IMG/VR virus record: IMGVR_UViG_3300003375_000001
Location: 32,001 to 96,000 of that record
Direction: 5' to 3' (one strand)
DNA length: 64,000 bases
Source of the DNA: a virus
Taxonomy: Duplodnaviria > Caudoviricetes
Every line of letters starts with the position of its first letter. Position 1 is the stretch's first letter. The notes below the pieces were generated by a model. The model saw only the letters and a program-made list of their open reading frames with translations, was not told where the DNA came from and made no database searches. Below, in pieces: positions 9,978-20,243 of the stretch. The position numbers were made by a program, and so were the translations under genes.

Positions 9978-12272
9978 ATGACTATTTCAGTAGCGTATAA
10001 GATTCAACAAATCTTATCCAGCGCTTATAGCAAGGGTCTCAACCCTGTTCTACGTCCTACCGTGGATGTCTCCTATACTGATTCTGATCCGTCCACGCCT
10101 TTCGGTACCCGTCACACTATACCCGTAACGGTATCTTTTGTTCAACCGGCATCGCCTACAAACGGACAGCGATGGTTGAATCCGTCTAACAGCTTGATGC
10201 AGGTGTACTTAACGGCGTCTACAACGTGGGTTCCCAGCACAGACCTAGGCGTAGCTAACCCCACACCACCTTCTGCTGTGGCAGTAGCCAGCTTAGCCCA
10301 GGTTCAAGGTGGTACCAATGACGTTCTCGCCGTTACGCCTAAGAAGCTAGCCCAACAACTGGGTAGCAACTGGGTAAGCATAGCTGCCTATCTTACTGAT
10401 CTGACTGGTACCATAGATCAACGGGCTCAACTGGTACAGGCTTTTACCGACTGCTGTGCTTCAGGTTACACCCTGGTTATAAATGTACCTGTATACATAG
10501 CTATCGACTATGACTATACACGTCCTATATTTGTAGAGTCCAACTTGAATGTTGTGTTTACGGGTAACGGCAGGTTCATAACCGACAACGCCGGCGTGCC
10601 TTTCTTAAGCATAAACAACTCTTCGAATATAAAATTTAAGGACATGCACATAACATGGCAAGGTCTTAATCGCTTCCCTACTGACACACCATACATAACT
10701 AGCCCTGCCGCCACGTGGGTTCAACAAGCGTTCAACGATATAACGCTCCGTAACTACATGATAAACAACAGAGGCGTAACTATAGCCTCTGGCAGCATGC
10801 CTACTTGGAACCCAGCGGGTATTCAAGCGGTACTTCACATAACAGGGTCTTCAAGTAATATAGAATTTGATGGACTAACCGTTGATGTTCCTTTGGGTAC
10901 TCCTAAGGAACGTTTGTGTCCTTGGGTATCGTGGCTATCTCAGAATGCCAAGACTGGAGTCACTGTTACCACTAATTCCAGCCTGGCACAAGGTGACTTT
11001 GCCCACCCTTCTTACATAAAGTTCCGTCGTGTATACCTGGACGGATTCTACATGGGATTCCAAGGTGAAGGCGATAACATAAGTTTTCACGATGTTACCA
11101 CGGGTCGTTTCTGTGATAACTATCTGTCCGATGGATCGGCTATTAGAACACAGGCACCTCCTCCCCACTTGTTCTATATGCAGTTGAATAACTCCGTTAT
11201 CACAGACGTTAAGGACATTGGCACATTTATTGGTGACAACCTATATAGAGGGAACGGCGGATACATTAACTCTCTCAAACTAGGAGGTAACGACAACGTA
11301 GTTGACGGGTATGTAAGCTTCCGACGTGACGGTATTCTAGACGTCCTTAACTCTTGCAACCGCATCATGTTCCGCAACATGTATTGCGTGGCTAACACCT
11401 CGCTGCATGTGGCTAACAACAACGCTTTCGTAGCCCTTCGCTTACCTAACGGCCCTTACACTGATCTGACCTTCGACAACATAGTTATCATTGATCAAGC
11501 CCCTTACGTTGTTAACGCGCCATTTAGTTCTAATGGCAGTTCGGCCAATGCACGTATCACTCTTAACAACGTTAAAGTACAGGTTAACGACTTCCAAGGA
11601 AGTACAGGTTCTTCTACAGTATATCCAGCTATCTACTTTGCAGGTCAGGGTCATAAAATAGACGTGGACTTCGTTTTACTTGCACACACGTCTACCTCTA
11701 CTAATGTTGGTGTAGCCTGCTTTCTCGGTGCCAACAACCAAAACCTGAAAAACGTAAAGTATAACGCGCGTATCATAGGCTGGCGTGACGTTCATCCAGA
11801 CTACGCTAATATCAAGCCTAGGATACTTGCATATGGTGCTGGTTGCGACGGAGTGTATGTAACCCAGTACGATCAGACCAATGCTGTAATGCAAGTAATG
11901 GAAAACGGCATTGTTACCGAAACGTTCACCGACGCTCAAGACGTTACCCCATTAGCCGGCACAACCCAGATAGTAACAGGTTTGTTAGTGCCCGCAGGTA
12001 TGACAGTGGCAGACTTTCAAGCTAAGGTTATAACTGCTTTCGGTACCACGCAAGGTTTAGCTACGGGGTTCAACGTTGGCTTTACTGGGTCACTCTCTGC
12101 TATAGGATCAGTTGCAGGGATAGCTAGTGGTACTAAAGCTATAGGCAGCCCTGGTACTGCAAGCTCAGGCTCTGATAGGTATGTAGTCTTCTCTGCTCAG
12201 GCTGGGACGTTCGACGGAACAGGCACTATTAAGTTAACCGTCCGTTCTACTTCCAAATATTCTTCCGACTAA
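9978..12272 (+). CDS. Receptor-binding protein 2: shared module plus probable parallel beta-helix (tailspike/depolymerase)
   Basis: Module AYSKGLN..PTVDV..GQRWLN; fibre repeat ASLAQVQGGTNDVLAVTPKKL; D..GTIDQRAQLVQAF entry into Asn/Ile/Val-rich solenoid-type sequence. Confidence 0.72.
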   Translation: MTISVAYKIQQILSSAYSKGLNPVLRPTVDVSYTDSDPSTPFGTRHTIPVTVSFVQPASPTNGQRWLNPSNSLMQVYLTASTTWVPSTDLGVANPTPPSAVAVASLAQVQGGTNDVLAVTPKKLAQQLGSNWVSIAAYLTDLTGTIDQRAQLVQAFTDCCASGYTLVINVPVYIAIDYDYTRPIFVESNLNVVFTGNGRFITDNAGVPFLSINNSSNIKFKDMHITWQGLNRFPTDTPYITSPAATWVQQAFNDITLRNYMINNRGVTIASGSMPTWNPAGIQAVLHITGSSSNIEFDGLTVDVPLGTPKERLCPWVSWLSQNAKTGVTVTTNSSLAQGDFAHPSYIKFRRVYLDGFYMGFQGEGDNISFHDVTTGRFCDNYLSDGSAIRTQAPPPHLFYMQLNNSVITDVKDIGTFIGDNLYRGNGGYINSLKLGGNDNVVDGYVSFRRDGILDVLNSCNRIMFRNMYCVANTSLHVANNNAFVALRLPNGPYTDLTFDNIVIIDQAPYVVNAPFSSNGSSANARITLNNVKVQVNDFQGSTGSSTVYPAIYFAGQGHKIDVDFVLLAHTSTSTNVGVACFLGANNQNLKNVKYNARIIGWRDVHPDYANIKPRILAYGAGCDGVYVTQYDQTNAVMQVMENGIVTETFTDAQDVTPLAGTTQIVTGLLVPAGMTVADFQAKVITAFGTTQGLATGFNVGFTGSLSAIGSVAGIASGTKAIGSPGTASSGSDRYVVFSAQAGTFDGTGTIKLTVRSTSKYSSD

Positions 12273-12288
12273 CAACTGAAAGATAGAC

Positions 12289-14298
12289 ATGTCAAACTTC
12301 GATCTAGACGACATCAATGGTATCTTGGGCCTAGCCCTGACAAAAGGCTTGAGCCCTACTAAGCCTTCCGTAGACGTTACTTGGGGTATCACAGACCTCA
12401 CTAAGCCTAATGGCGTCAAAAAGAACGTTCTCATCACTTGTGCCTACACTAAGCCGGCCTCAGCACCTGCTGGTCAAATTTGGCTGGACTCAAACGTAAG
12501 CTCCAATACCTACAAGACGTTCTTTGTTGGTAACGGTAGCTATTTCGTGGCTGTGCCTTCACTGACATCGACTACTGCCTATACTAACTCTACTCCTGTC
12601 AACTACCCCTTGACCGCAGTTTCGTTGGGTGGACTCGTGGACGCTAACTCTACCACGTCACTAGGTATAAGCGGATTCGTACCACGTACAGACAATGGTG
12701 CTGATCTCAAATCTGTGTTGTTTGGTGACTCGACCGCCAATCAGACCTTTGTGGGCAATACAGCCCTTACCGGTTCGTTCGTTGTGATCCTGAACGGTAT
12801 TGCTACCGTTACTCTTACTTCTAACCACAATAGTCACGCTGGTGAAGTGATTCAAGTTATCATAACCACAAATTTGGCGGATCAAGTCGCTCAGTCGAAC
12901 TTCAACTACAACACAACAATCCTTTCTACTCCACAGAACAACCAGATCACGTTTGCAACGCAGGGTATTAACGACGGTAGCTACCCTGCTCAGGTTAATG
13001 GCGTCAACTGGTCATTCAACTTCCTCAATTCCATGTCGGATACGTCTTGGATTGCGGGTCTTGAAATGTTCAGCCCACGGCCATCCATCATCGTTGGTTC
13101 TTACGCTGTTGGTGGTTCGCTGTCTAGCAACCTGTTGATTCCTCTGTCAAGAGCTTTTGCTCCTGGCGCCCCGTCCTTTAATCTGGCTTACGTTTCTACT
13201 GGCTACAACAACATCAACACAGCAACTCCAGCAACTAGTGCGGCCGTAGCTCTGACCTCGTCTCTGGCCGCTGTGGACCAAGTTATCTCCGACTTGACCA
13301 CGTTCCTGCTTACTATGGAACAGCACGGTATTCAAGTTCGTGCTTTTATTCCTGCAGGTATCAACACCAATGCTACCGGTATCACGTATCAGCAACAACG
13401 CCTGCAAGCCTTCGCTGAACTGCGTAAGCGCATGTATGCTCTGCAAATCCGCTTCCGTAATCTAGCTTTGATTGACGGTCTGTACAACACTATGGACGTG
13501 ACCGGCTATCTGCAAACAGGCATGGCTACTTTGAATGACGGTCTGCACCCTCAAAACGCGGCCACTATTCAGCACGGTCGTTTGGGTGCCTATCAGTTGA
13601 AGCTAGGTGGTGCGCTGGGTGTTCAAAACACTCAACCTGTCTGCATATTCGATGACACTGCCACGTACCCTGGTGCTACCGAGAACTCAAACGTTCTTAA
13701 GAACGGTATGATGACTGGGTCTGTTGCTCAGACTGCTGGTGCTTTAGGCGCCACGGCGAGCATCGTCGGTGGTAGCACTATGCCAACAGGCTGGACGTTG
13801 GACAATTCTTCGTCCAACTGTGCTATTACTTCAACTGCGCAGCAACCTCTTGTTGCGGGCACCGGTGAAATAATCAACCCCCTGGCAGGCTATGGCCTTA
13901 ATCTTTCCGCGGTGTTCTCGGCTGGCGGTGTTTTGACTGTGAGGTCTTCTGACTTGCACGCCAATATAGAAGCTGGCTTCTGGTATCGCTTGACAGGTCG
14001 TATGGTTGTTACATCTACGGTTAACACGTTCCGTACGTTTAACTTCTTTACGTTTGAGTCCATTGGCGTCGCATGTGCTATCAAACGCGATATGACTGGT
14101 ACTTCTAACCAGCCAGCTACTCTCATTGCTGGCGACGTTATCAACTTAACTGGTGCTCTGTTCTACGTTCCTCCTGGCACCACGTATACAAGCTTCTACA
14201 TGTACTTCCAGTTTGCCATGCAAGCTGCCGGTACGTTGGCATTCCAAATGTCCAACATGAGACTTGAAAAGCTGATCAACAACCCCTTCACCAGCTAA
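12289..14298 (+). CDS. Receptor-binding protein 3: shared module plus SGNH esterase and C-terminal carbohydrate-binding-like domain
   Basis: LFGDST, AVGGS, STGYNN, DGLHP; ~100-aa beta insertion between blocks I and II; NVLKNGMMTGS..PTGW jelly-roll-like C-terminus. Confidence 0.8.
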   Translation: MSNFDLDDINGILGLALTKGLSPTKPSVDVTWGITDLTKPNGVKKNVLITCAYTKPASAPAGQIWLDSNVSSNTYKTFFVGNGSYFVAVPSLTSTTAYTNSTPVNYPLTAVSLGGLVDANSTTSLGISGFVPRTDNGADLKSVLFGDSTANQTFVGNTALTGSFVVILNGIATVTLTSNHNSHAGEVIQVIITTNLADQVAQSNFNYNTTILSTPQNNQITFATQGINDGSYPAQVNGVNWSFNFLNSMSDTSWIAGLEMFSPRPSIIVGSYAVGGSLSSNLLIPLSRAFAPGAPSFNLAYVSTGYNNINTATPATSAAVALTSSLAAVDQVISDLTTFLLTMEQHGIQVRAFIPAGINTNATGITYQQQRLQAFAELRKRMYALQIRFRNLALIDGLYNTMDVTGYLQTGMATLNDGLHPQNAATIQHGRLGAYQLKLGGALGVQNTQPVCIFDDTATYPGATENSNVLKNGMMTGSVAQTAGALGATASIVGGSTMPTGWTLDNSSSNCAITSTAQQPLVAGTGEIINPLAGYGLNLSAVFSAGGVLTVRSSDLHANIEAGFWYRLTGRMVVTSTVNTFRTFNFFTFESIGVACAIKRDMTGTSNQPATLIAGDVINLTGALFYVPPGTTYTSFYMYFQFAMQAAGTLAFQMSNMRLEKLINNPFTS

Positions 14299-14317
14299 GC
14301 TAGTTTCTTAACTTTTA

Positions 14318-14351
14318 CCTGAGGTGAGCGCGTCTACTGGTTCACCTCAGG
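14318..14351 (+). other. Intergenic hairpin abutting the RBS of the next gene
   Basis: CCTGAGGTGA-14 nt-TCACCTCAGG; the last G overlaps the GAGGAG RBS. Confidence 0.55.
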
Positions 14352-14364
14352 AGGAGACTCTTTG

Positions 14365-17300
14365 ATGACCTCGTCTTCTAGTTATACTGATACCTCTAGC
14401 TATGCCATATCCTTGGCGTTGTCCGCAGGTCTAAACGTTTCTAAGAATCCTTCTGTTGACGTAACCATTTACTTAGACGATCCTCAGAAGACACCAACCG
14501 TTAAGGTACCGCAGCTAGTAACGGTAGGCTACGTTAAGCCTTCTGGTATTCAAGGGCAGGTGTTTCTGGATGCAAGCTCTACGGGGACTAACTCTAGTAG
14601 GCAATTTTGGGTATTCAACTCGGGCAGTTGGTACCTGGTAGGCCCAACCTTAACACTACATCCCGAAAATTACGTGGCTGCTAACGTAGGAAGTCTTCCT
14701 ACTAAAGCTTCGTCCAGTGCTGTGGTGGCCGCTGTAGACGACACTAGTTTTGTCACACCTGTTGGGCTAGCTACTTTACTATCGGGTCGTAAGGCTGACC
14801 TATTAGTACCGTCTGTGTCAGCTCTTAGACTTCTTGCTACCGCGTCTGCCAATTCAGTCTATCTACAAAGTTACTACGGAGATGGCCATGGCGGCGATGG
14901 CTTCTTGTACGTAAACCCCAATGATACCACGTCTGTAGATAATGGTGGATCTATATTCGTCGATGCTTTGAATAGGCGTTGGTATAGAAAAGATCAACTT
15001 AACTTCAGAGCGACAGACTTTGGTGCTAAGCCAGACGACATATATGGCGTTGGTGCTAATGACAACGCACCCTTTCTGAACAATGCTTTTGCCTGGGCTC
15101 TTGCACAAAACACAGGGGTTGTAGTTAACTTAGAGGCCTACACCTATACTTGTGCAACACCTCCAGTAATAGGTACGCCTTCGTCCACTGCAACGCCTAA
15201 TCAAGCTAACCCCTTTACGGTTAAGGGTACATCACCACAACGTATGGCCGGTAAGCCGGGTGCCCAGATTAGGCTAGTACCTACTTCGATTGGTCAGTAC
15301 AACGCGATTCTAAGGGTTGACGGTACACAACAGATAGCGTACCTAACACTAGAGTACTTCTCTCTTACCTGTACGCCTATAACTCTTACCATTCCTGCAC
15401 AGACCGTAGCAGCCAATACATTCTCTATGCCTGGAGGTGACTTAGCCGGGTTTGCAACTGGAACTCCCGTCACGCTGTCAGGTGGCGGTGGCGCTACAGG
15501 TGTCACACGCTCCGGTATTGTTATCTACTACCTTATAAATCAAGCAGGCACTGACCAGTTTAGCCTTGCGCTTAATCCAGCTAACGCAGCAGCTAACATT
15601 CAGGTCCCTATATCTAGTGCGTTTACTGGTACAACAACCGTGTCCGCATGGGGTGGAGCTATAAACGGCTTACTTTATGACGGCACGCGCCTTACGTCTC
15701 CTAGAGCGACACAGATAAATATTACTGGTGCTGATAATAGCATTACCATGCAAGCTGTTGCCGATAGTGCTAATGGCGAGTTTGGGCACTTCGAATTGTG
15801 CGAAGGCTCTTACTGCAAACGTTTCTTCTACATGCCAGGCACCGGTGAAACAGGACAGGCCTTACGCACCACGTTTATAAACTGTAGCTCTAACCCTCGC
15901 TTTGCTGACGGCGAAGCCTGTATGGAAATAGGTGGTGGTATAAGAGGGTACGGTATAGACGCGTTTGGTTTTAACTGTAGCGTTGTACCTGTAGGTGTTG
16001 ACGTTGGAGCTGCAGGTGGGTGGAGAAAGCCTATCTACGCATTCAGAGACAACGGTACTAATGAAGCAACTAGTTTCTATGGTGGTCGCCTCGAAAACCT
16101 TACCGGAATTGTTGACATAACCCAGCAAAGCTACGAGGAACGCATACTGTTTAAGGGAACAACGTTTGCTGCGCTGGCATCATACGTTAATGCCCCTATG
16201 GTACAAGCTGCGCATCCAACGGGGTCTACACCAACTGCATCATCTGTTGTGCTGGAGTCCTGTTTCATATACATGAACGGCGGCACTTGGCAACAGAGCA
16301 ACCTTGGTATGTACTTTGCAACGACGGGCTCGTATAGCACAGGCATATACGTTCTGTTCGATAAATGCGTTCTAGAACACGGTGGTAGAAAACGTTTGCT
16401 GCAGGGTATCAATACCTCATGCATAGAGTTTAGGGACTGCTCTGAAAAGATATCTAACCTCAGTACGAATGCAACCTATCTGATTCGTCGAATGAGTCAA
16501 CGACTAGGTGAGCCTGTGTCTACGCCTATGCAAGCTCGTATAGGCAGAGATAACATTAACTCTTACCCTGGTCTACCTAACAACCTACTAACATATCCTG
16601 ATTTTGGAGGTACGTACGGAGCAGCTAACGTAGTCTTACCCTCACCTTGGGTACATTTTGGTTCGACAGCCTCGCTTAATAGGCTGGATCAGCCTTCAGA
16701 CGTTAGAACACCGCAAGCCCGTGTTCTACGCATAAATGCAACATCCGGCGTGCGACAAGTAATATCCGGAGCCACACCTACGCAGGGTGTTCCTCTGTTC
16801 TATCAAGCGGACGCCTGGGTTAACTTTTCTAACGTAACAACCGATACCATTCGTATCGCTCTTGAGAACGATACGACAGGTGAAATATACGACGAGGTGT
16901 TCTTACAGTCTCAACCTAATAGAACTCACAGCGCGCCTATAAACCTCACTGCTGTACCCTCTGCGACAACTGGTGTATTCAGGTTAGCTATAGAAAACTT
17001 GAGTGCAACAAACGTCACGCAGTTAAGGGTTAACTGGCATATGGTGTCGGCTAACGTGTCGGCAGCTTACGTTCTTCCTGATGCAGGTTCAACTGCTACT
17101 TGGACTAGCACCTGGAGTTCAAACTTCGATTCGGCTCGCATCAACTCTCGACTTTCTCTTCCTTATAAATATGATGCGTTTGGGTCAGCTGACGCAAGTA
17201 TGCCTAACCCTAGGTCAGACTTGTACCTGTCGGCCACTAATGAGCATCTCCAATACTACGCAGGTACTAAAGACGCAGCTGGTGGCAAGTGGTGGACGGT

Positions 17301-17499
17301 AAAACGAGTTTATGCCAGCAGCGCGATGCCTACTACTGGCTCATGGACAGCAAATGATTACGTTGACAACACCGCGCCTACGCAATTAGGTACAGCTGGC
17401 AGTCAATACGTTATCAAAGGCTGGATCAGAGTCACTACAGGTAGCGGTAACGTCTTAAACACTGACTGGTTGCAGGACAGAGCCTTGACCGGCAACTAA
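14365..17499 (+). CDS. Receptor-binding protein 4: shared module plus tailspike (pectate-lyase-like beta-helix)
   Basis: ATG 14365 (TTG 14362 is an alternative) behind GAGGAG; tailspike neck YLQSYYGDGHGGDG..DNGGSIFVD..RWYR; ATDFGAKPDD..NDNAPFLNNAF beta-helix entry; C-terminal PTTGSWTANDYV..GWIRVT..W..RALTGN tip motif. Confidence 0.8.
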   Translation: MTSSSSYTDTSSYAISLALSAGLNVSKNPSVDVTIYLDDPQKTPTVKVPQLVTVGYVKPSGIQGQVFLDASSTGTNSSRQFWVFNSGSWYLVGPTLTLHPENYVAANVGSLPTKASSSAVVAAVDDTSFVTPVGLATLLSGRKADLLVPSVSALRLLATASANSVYLQSYYGDGHGGDGFLYVNPNDTTSVDNGGSIFVDALNRRWYRKDQLNFRATDFGAKPDDIYGVGANDNAPFLNNAFAWALAQNTGVVVNLEAYTYTCATPPVIGTPSSTATPNQANPFTVKGTSPQRMAGKPGAQIRLVPTSIGQYNAILRVDGTQQIAYLTLEYFSLTCTPITLTIPAQTVAANTFSMPGGDLAGFATGTPVTLSGGGGATGVTRSGIVIYYLINQAGTDQFSLALNPANAAANIQVPISSAFTGTTTVSAWGGAINGLLYDGTRLTSPRATQINITGADNSITMQAVADSANGEFGHFELCEGSYCKRFFYMPGTGETGQALRTTFINCSSNPRFADGEACMEIGGGIRGYGIDAFGFNCSVVPVGVDVGAAGGWRKPIYAFRDNGTNEATSFYGGRLENLTGIVDITQQSYEERILFKGTTFAALASYVNAPMVQAAHPTGSTPTASSVVLESCFIYMNGGTWQQSNLGMYFATTGSYSTGIYVLFDKCVLEHGGRKRLLQGINTSCIEFRDCSEKISNLSTNATYLIRRMSQRLGEPVSTPMQARIGRDNINSYPGLPNNLLTYPDFGGTYGAANVVLPSPWVHFGSTASLNRLDQPSDVRTPQARVLRINATSGVRQVISGATPTQGVPLFYQADAWVNFSNVTTDTIRIALENDTTGEIYDEVFLQSQPNRTHSAPINLTAVPSATTGVFRLAIENLSATNVTQLRVNWHMVSANVSAAYVLPDAGSTATWTSTWSSNFDSARINSRLSLPYKYDAFGSADASMPNPRSDLYLSATNEHLQYYAGTKDAAGGKWWTVKRVYASSAMPTTGSWTANDYVDNTAPTQLGTAGSQYVIKGWIRVTTGSGNVLNTDWLQDRALTGN

Positions 17500-17534
17500 C
17501 TCACTTTCATTAGCATTCACTTAAAAGGCAAGAC

Positions 17535-20219
17535 ATGTCAAACTTCGATCTAGACGATATCAACCAAATACTGGGTCAGGCTCTGTCACAGGGCTTGAAC
17601 CGCACTACAAAGCCCTCTGTAGATATAACCTGGGGTATAACAGATGTAACCAAGCCAAACGGTGTCAAGACTAACGTTGTGGTTACGGTATCTTATACTC
17701 AGCCTGCGTCTCCAGCGATTGGCATAATCTGGTTGAACGCGGATAACCAGACACCTACGTACAAGCAGTTCTCGGTAAGTAATGGCAGTTATTACGTACC
17801 CATCCAATCTTTGACTTCTGCAACGGCCTACACTAGTTCTAACCCCTCACACTTTCCTCTTGCTACCGTGTCTTCAGGAGGTCCTCTAGACACTCCATCC
17901 GTAGCGGCTGTAAAAATGTCAGGCATAGAAATATTTTCAGGATCTACTGGCAGGCTTAGATTTAAGTCCCGAGAGTTGGCTGCGGGGTCAGACGTCGGTA
18001 TAGCTACTGTGGTAGAATGTGAACGCTACTGGTCTAGTGGCCCAATAGTACCTTTGGTGTATGACGTTCAATCTGGCACGTCTACGGCTAGAGACACTGT
18101 TCAGTTTGCAAATGGTAAGTATGGTAAGCTCCGTATCGCTGAATATGTAACCCCCCTAATGTTTGGTGCCAAAGGTCAATGGATTGCGGCACAGGCTACC
18201 ACACCGCTCAAGACAGCTTACTTGGCCGCTAACCTCGATCAGACCGGTATTCAAGAGGCTGTCAACTACGCTATATTCAATGTCCCAGGGTGCCTTGTTA
18301 GAGTACCTTCTGGATCTTACGCAACAACAGATACTATTCATCTAGGCTATGGTGTTAACTACCAGGCTAGCCCCTACGCCTCTATCCGTATAGAAGGCGA
18401 TGTAGGTTCTCAAGCCCAGAACACGACTGCCGGTAAACCAGGCGCAGCGTTATTCCCTCAGTTTACTGACAGGCCAGTGTTTGCCGTGTCGGGCGGTCGT
18501 CACACAAAGATAAGAAACATAGGGGCTACTGGTAGTGAGACTTACATAATATCCCAAGGTCTCACTAATCCTCCAACAGTATTAGGCGCTAATAATGTAT
18601 CAACGTGGATTGACCCAACTTGGTCAACAAACGCAAATTCTCAAACAGCACCCTTCTGCTTTGTAGCCGTGGACCCCTACTCTGTTGCTACAGCACCGGC
18701 TATAACTTATCCCAATGTAACCTTTCCTATTGAGTTGGCTGGTACAGGACAGTACGCTAAGGCCGCTTCATCGGATACCGTTATCGAAGGCTGCTTCGCA
18801 GGTGGATTTGCTGTAGGTATTGCAGTCGCGCCTTCTGGTAACACTGGTCAGTCAGACTTTACCCGAGTTGACCAGTGTTGGTTTCAAAATATGATATACG
18901 GCGTGTCTATAGGAAATACCGATAGCCGAGTAGTATCGGTTACTAGAAGTTATCTTAACCAGATGCACACCGTTATAACAGGCTCTATAAATGGTGGGCA
19001 AATAGGACAAATAGGATCTACTATAGAAAACTGCGCATTTGACAGATGCATAAAATGGTTTAACGTTCAAGACGTTGCTAATCCACGAGGCGGACCCGTT
19101 ACTATCCAGAACGTATACGGGGAAAACGTATGGTCACTGGGTGAATGGGCGGGAGGCGCTGCGCGTGACAGCAGTCTTATTCTAAACAGCAATTCTGTAA
19201 ACTTTAACCACACGGGGGCATGTGGTATCCCACCGTACATAATTAAGACTAACAGTGGTTATCACATGATTACCATGAACGGAGGTACTTACTTCGGCTA
19301 TTCTGGTGCGTTTGCTATTCTAGGACAAGCTCAAAACTTTACCATCAATGGCGTGGCTTTCGAGGAGACTACGGTTCGTACTGGCTTATTCGAGAAAATT
19401 GCCGCCACGGCACTAGGTGGCGCAATTACATTTACGTCATCTGGTCATTGTGGAGAATTCAGGTCTAAATATCTGGCTTACAACGCCAGCACTGGTGCTT
19501 CTTACATGAAGAGAAACTCTGACTACCCCTTATCTGACTCTACCACCCCCTTCCCCATATGGGCTAAACAGACAGTAGGCAGCGGCTCACGGCAGTTTGC
19601 TCAACGACCTGTTTATACGCCTGCGTTGTCGCAAGCATTCACCAAAGTGTCTTTAGCTTCTATATCTCTTACTAATCTTGAATTGACCATTGTGTTTAAC
19701 TCAAGACTAGAGATGCAGTTCGCCTTATTCGGGCCTAATCCAGGTGACGCCATCGTTGACATCGTATCAGGATCAGTATTCTTTGTTCATGCACGTACGG
19801 GCCTAACGGTAAATGCTACCTTGCAGAATAATCATACTGGAAATGCCTCGTCGGCTACACTAATAAACCCTATAACCCTAACCTTATCGCCGTCAGAACA
19901 GTTTTTGTTTTTGAACTGTAGGTCTTACACGCCACAGTACCCTGTCTTTGGTCAATTTACCACGGGGTCTCCTTCAGTTACTGGTGTAGGCGCAGACGAC
20001 GGTACCAGTTCGTTCCTAACTACAGAAATTCCTACTGGCGCGTTTATTCCTATGGACCAGTACACCGACAACATATTTGCACTAGGTGACTCTGGAGGAT
20101 CCCCCAATTCAAAAATAAACACAGGCGGAGGTACTACTTTAACTATGAACGCTAACTCCTTAAAAACCGAGCGTAGACAAATTCAAGTACTCGTGATGGC
20201 GCCACCTGCTAATGCTTAA
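17535..20219 (+). CDS. Receptor-binding protein 5: shared module plus beta-helix tailspike
   Basis: Module ALSQGLN..PSVDI..WLNAD; YVTPLMFGAKG..DQTGIQEAVNYA..VRVPSGSY..TDTI beta-helix entry. Confidence 0.75.
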   Translation: MSNFDLDDINQILGQALSQGLNRTTKPSVDITWGITDVTKPNGVKTNVVVTVSYTQPASPAIGIIWLNADNQTPTYKQFSVSNGSYYVPIQSLTSATAYTSSNPSHFPLATVSSGGPLDTPSVAAVKMSGIEIFSGSTGRLRFKSRELAAGSDVGIATVVECERYWSSGPIVPLVYDVQSGTSTARDTVQFANGKYGKLRIAEYVTPLMFGAKGQWIAAQATTPLKTAYLAANLDQTGIQEAVNYAIFNVPGCLVRVPSGSYATTDTIHLGYGVNYQASPYASIRIEGDVGSQAQNTTAGKPGAALFPQFTDRPVFAVSGGRHTKIRNIGATGSETYIISQGLTNPPTVLGANNVSTWIDPTWSTNANSQTAPFCFVAVDPYSVATAPAITYPNVTFPIELAGTGQYAKAASSDTVIEGCFAGGFAVGIAVAPSGNTGQSDFTRVDQCWFQNMIYGVSIGNTDSRVVSVTRSYLNQMHTVITGSINGGQIGQIGSTIENCAFDRCIKWFNVQDVANPRGGPVTIQNVYGENVWSLGEWAGGAARDSSLILNSNSVNFNHTGACGIPPYIIKTNSGYHMITMNGGTYFGYSGAFAILGQAQNFTINGVAFEETTVRTGLFEKIAATALGGAITFTSSGHCGEFRSKYLAYNASTGASYMKRNSDYPLSDSTTPFPIWAKQTVGSGSRQFAQRPVYTPALSQAFTKVSLASISLTNLELTIVFNSRLEMQFALFGPNPGDAIVDIVSGSVFFVHARTGLTVNATLQNNHTGNASSATLINPITLTLSPSEQFLFLNCRSYTPQYPVFGQFTTGSPSVTGVGADDGTSSFLTTEIPTGAFIPMDQYTDNIFALGDSGGSPNSKINTGGGTTLTMNANSLKTERRQIQVLVMAPPANA

Positions 20220-20243
20220 TCACCAACCCTCTTAAGGTAAAAC

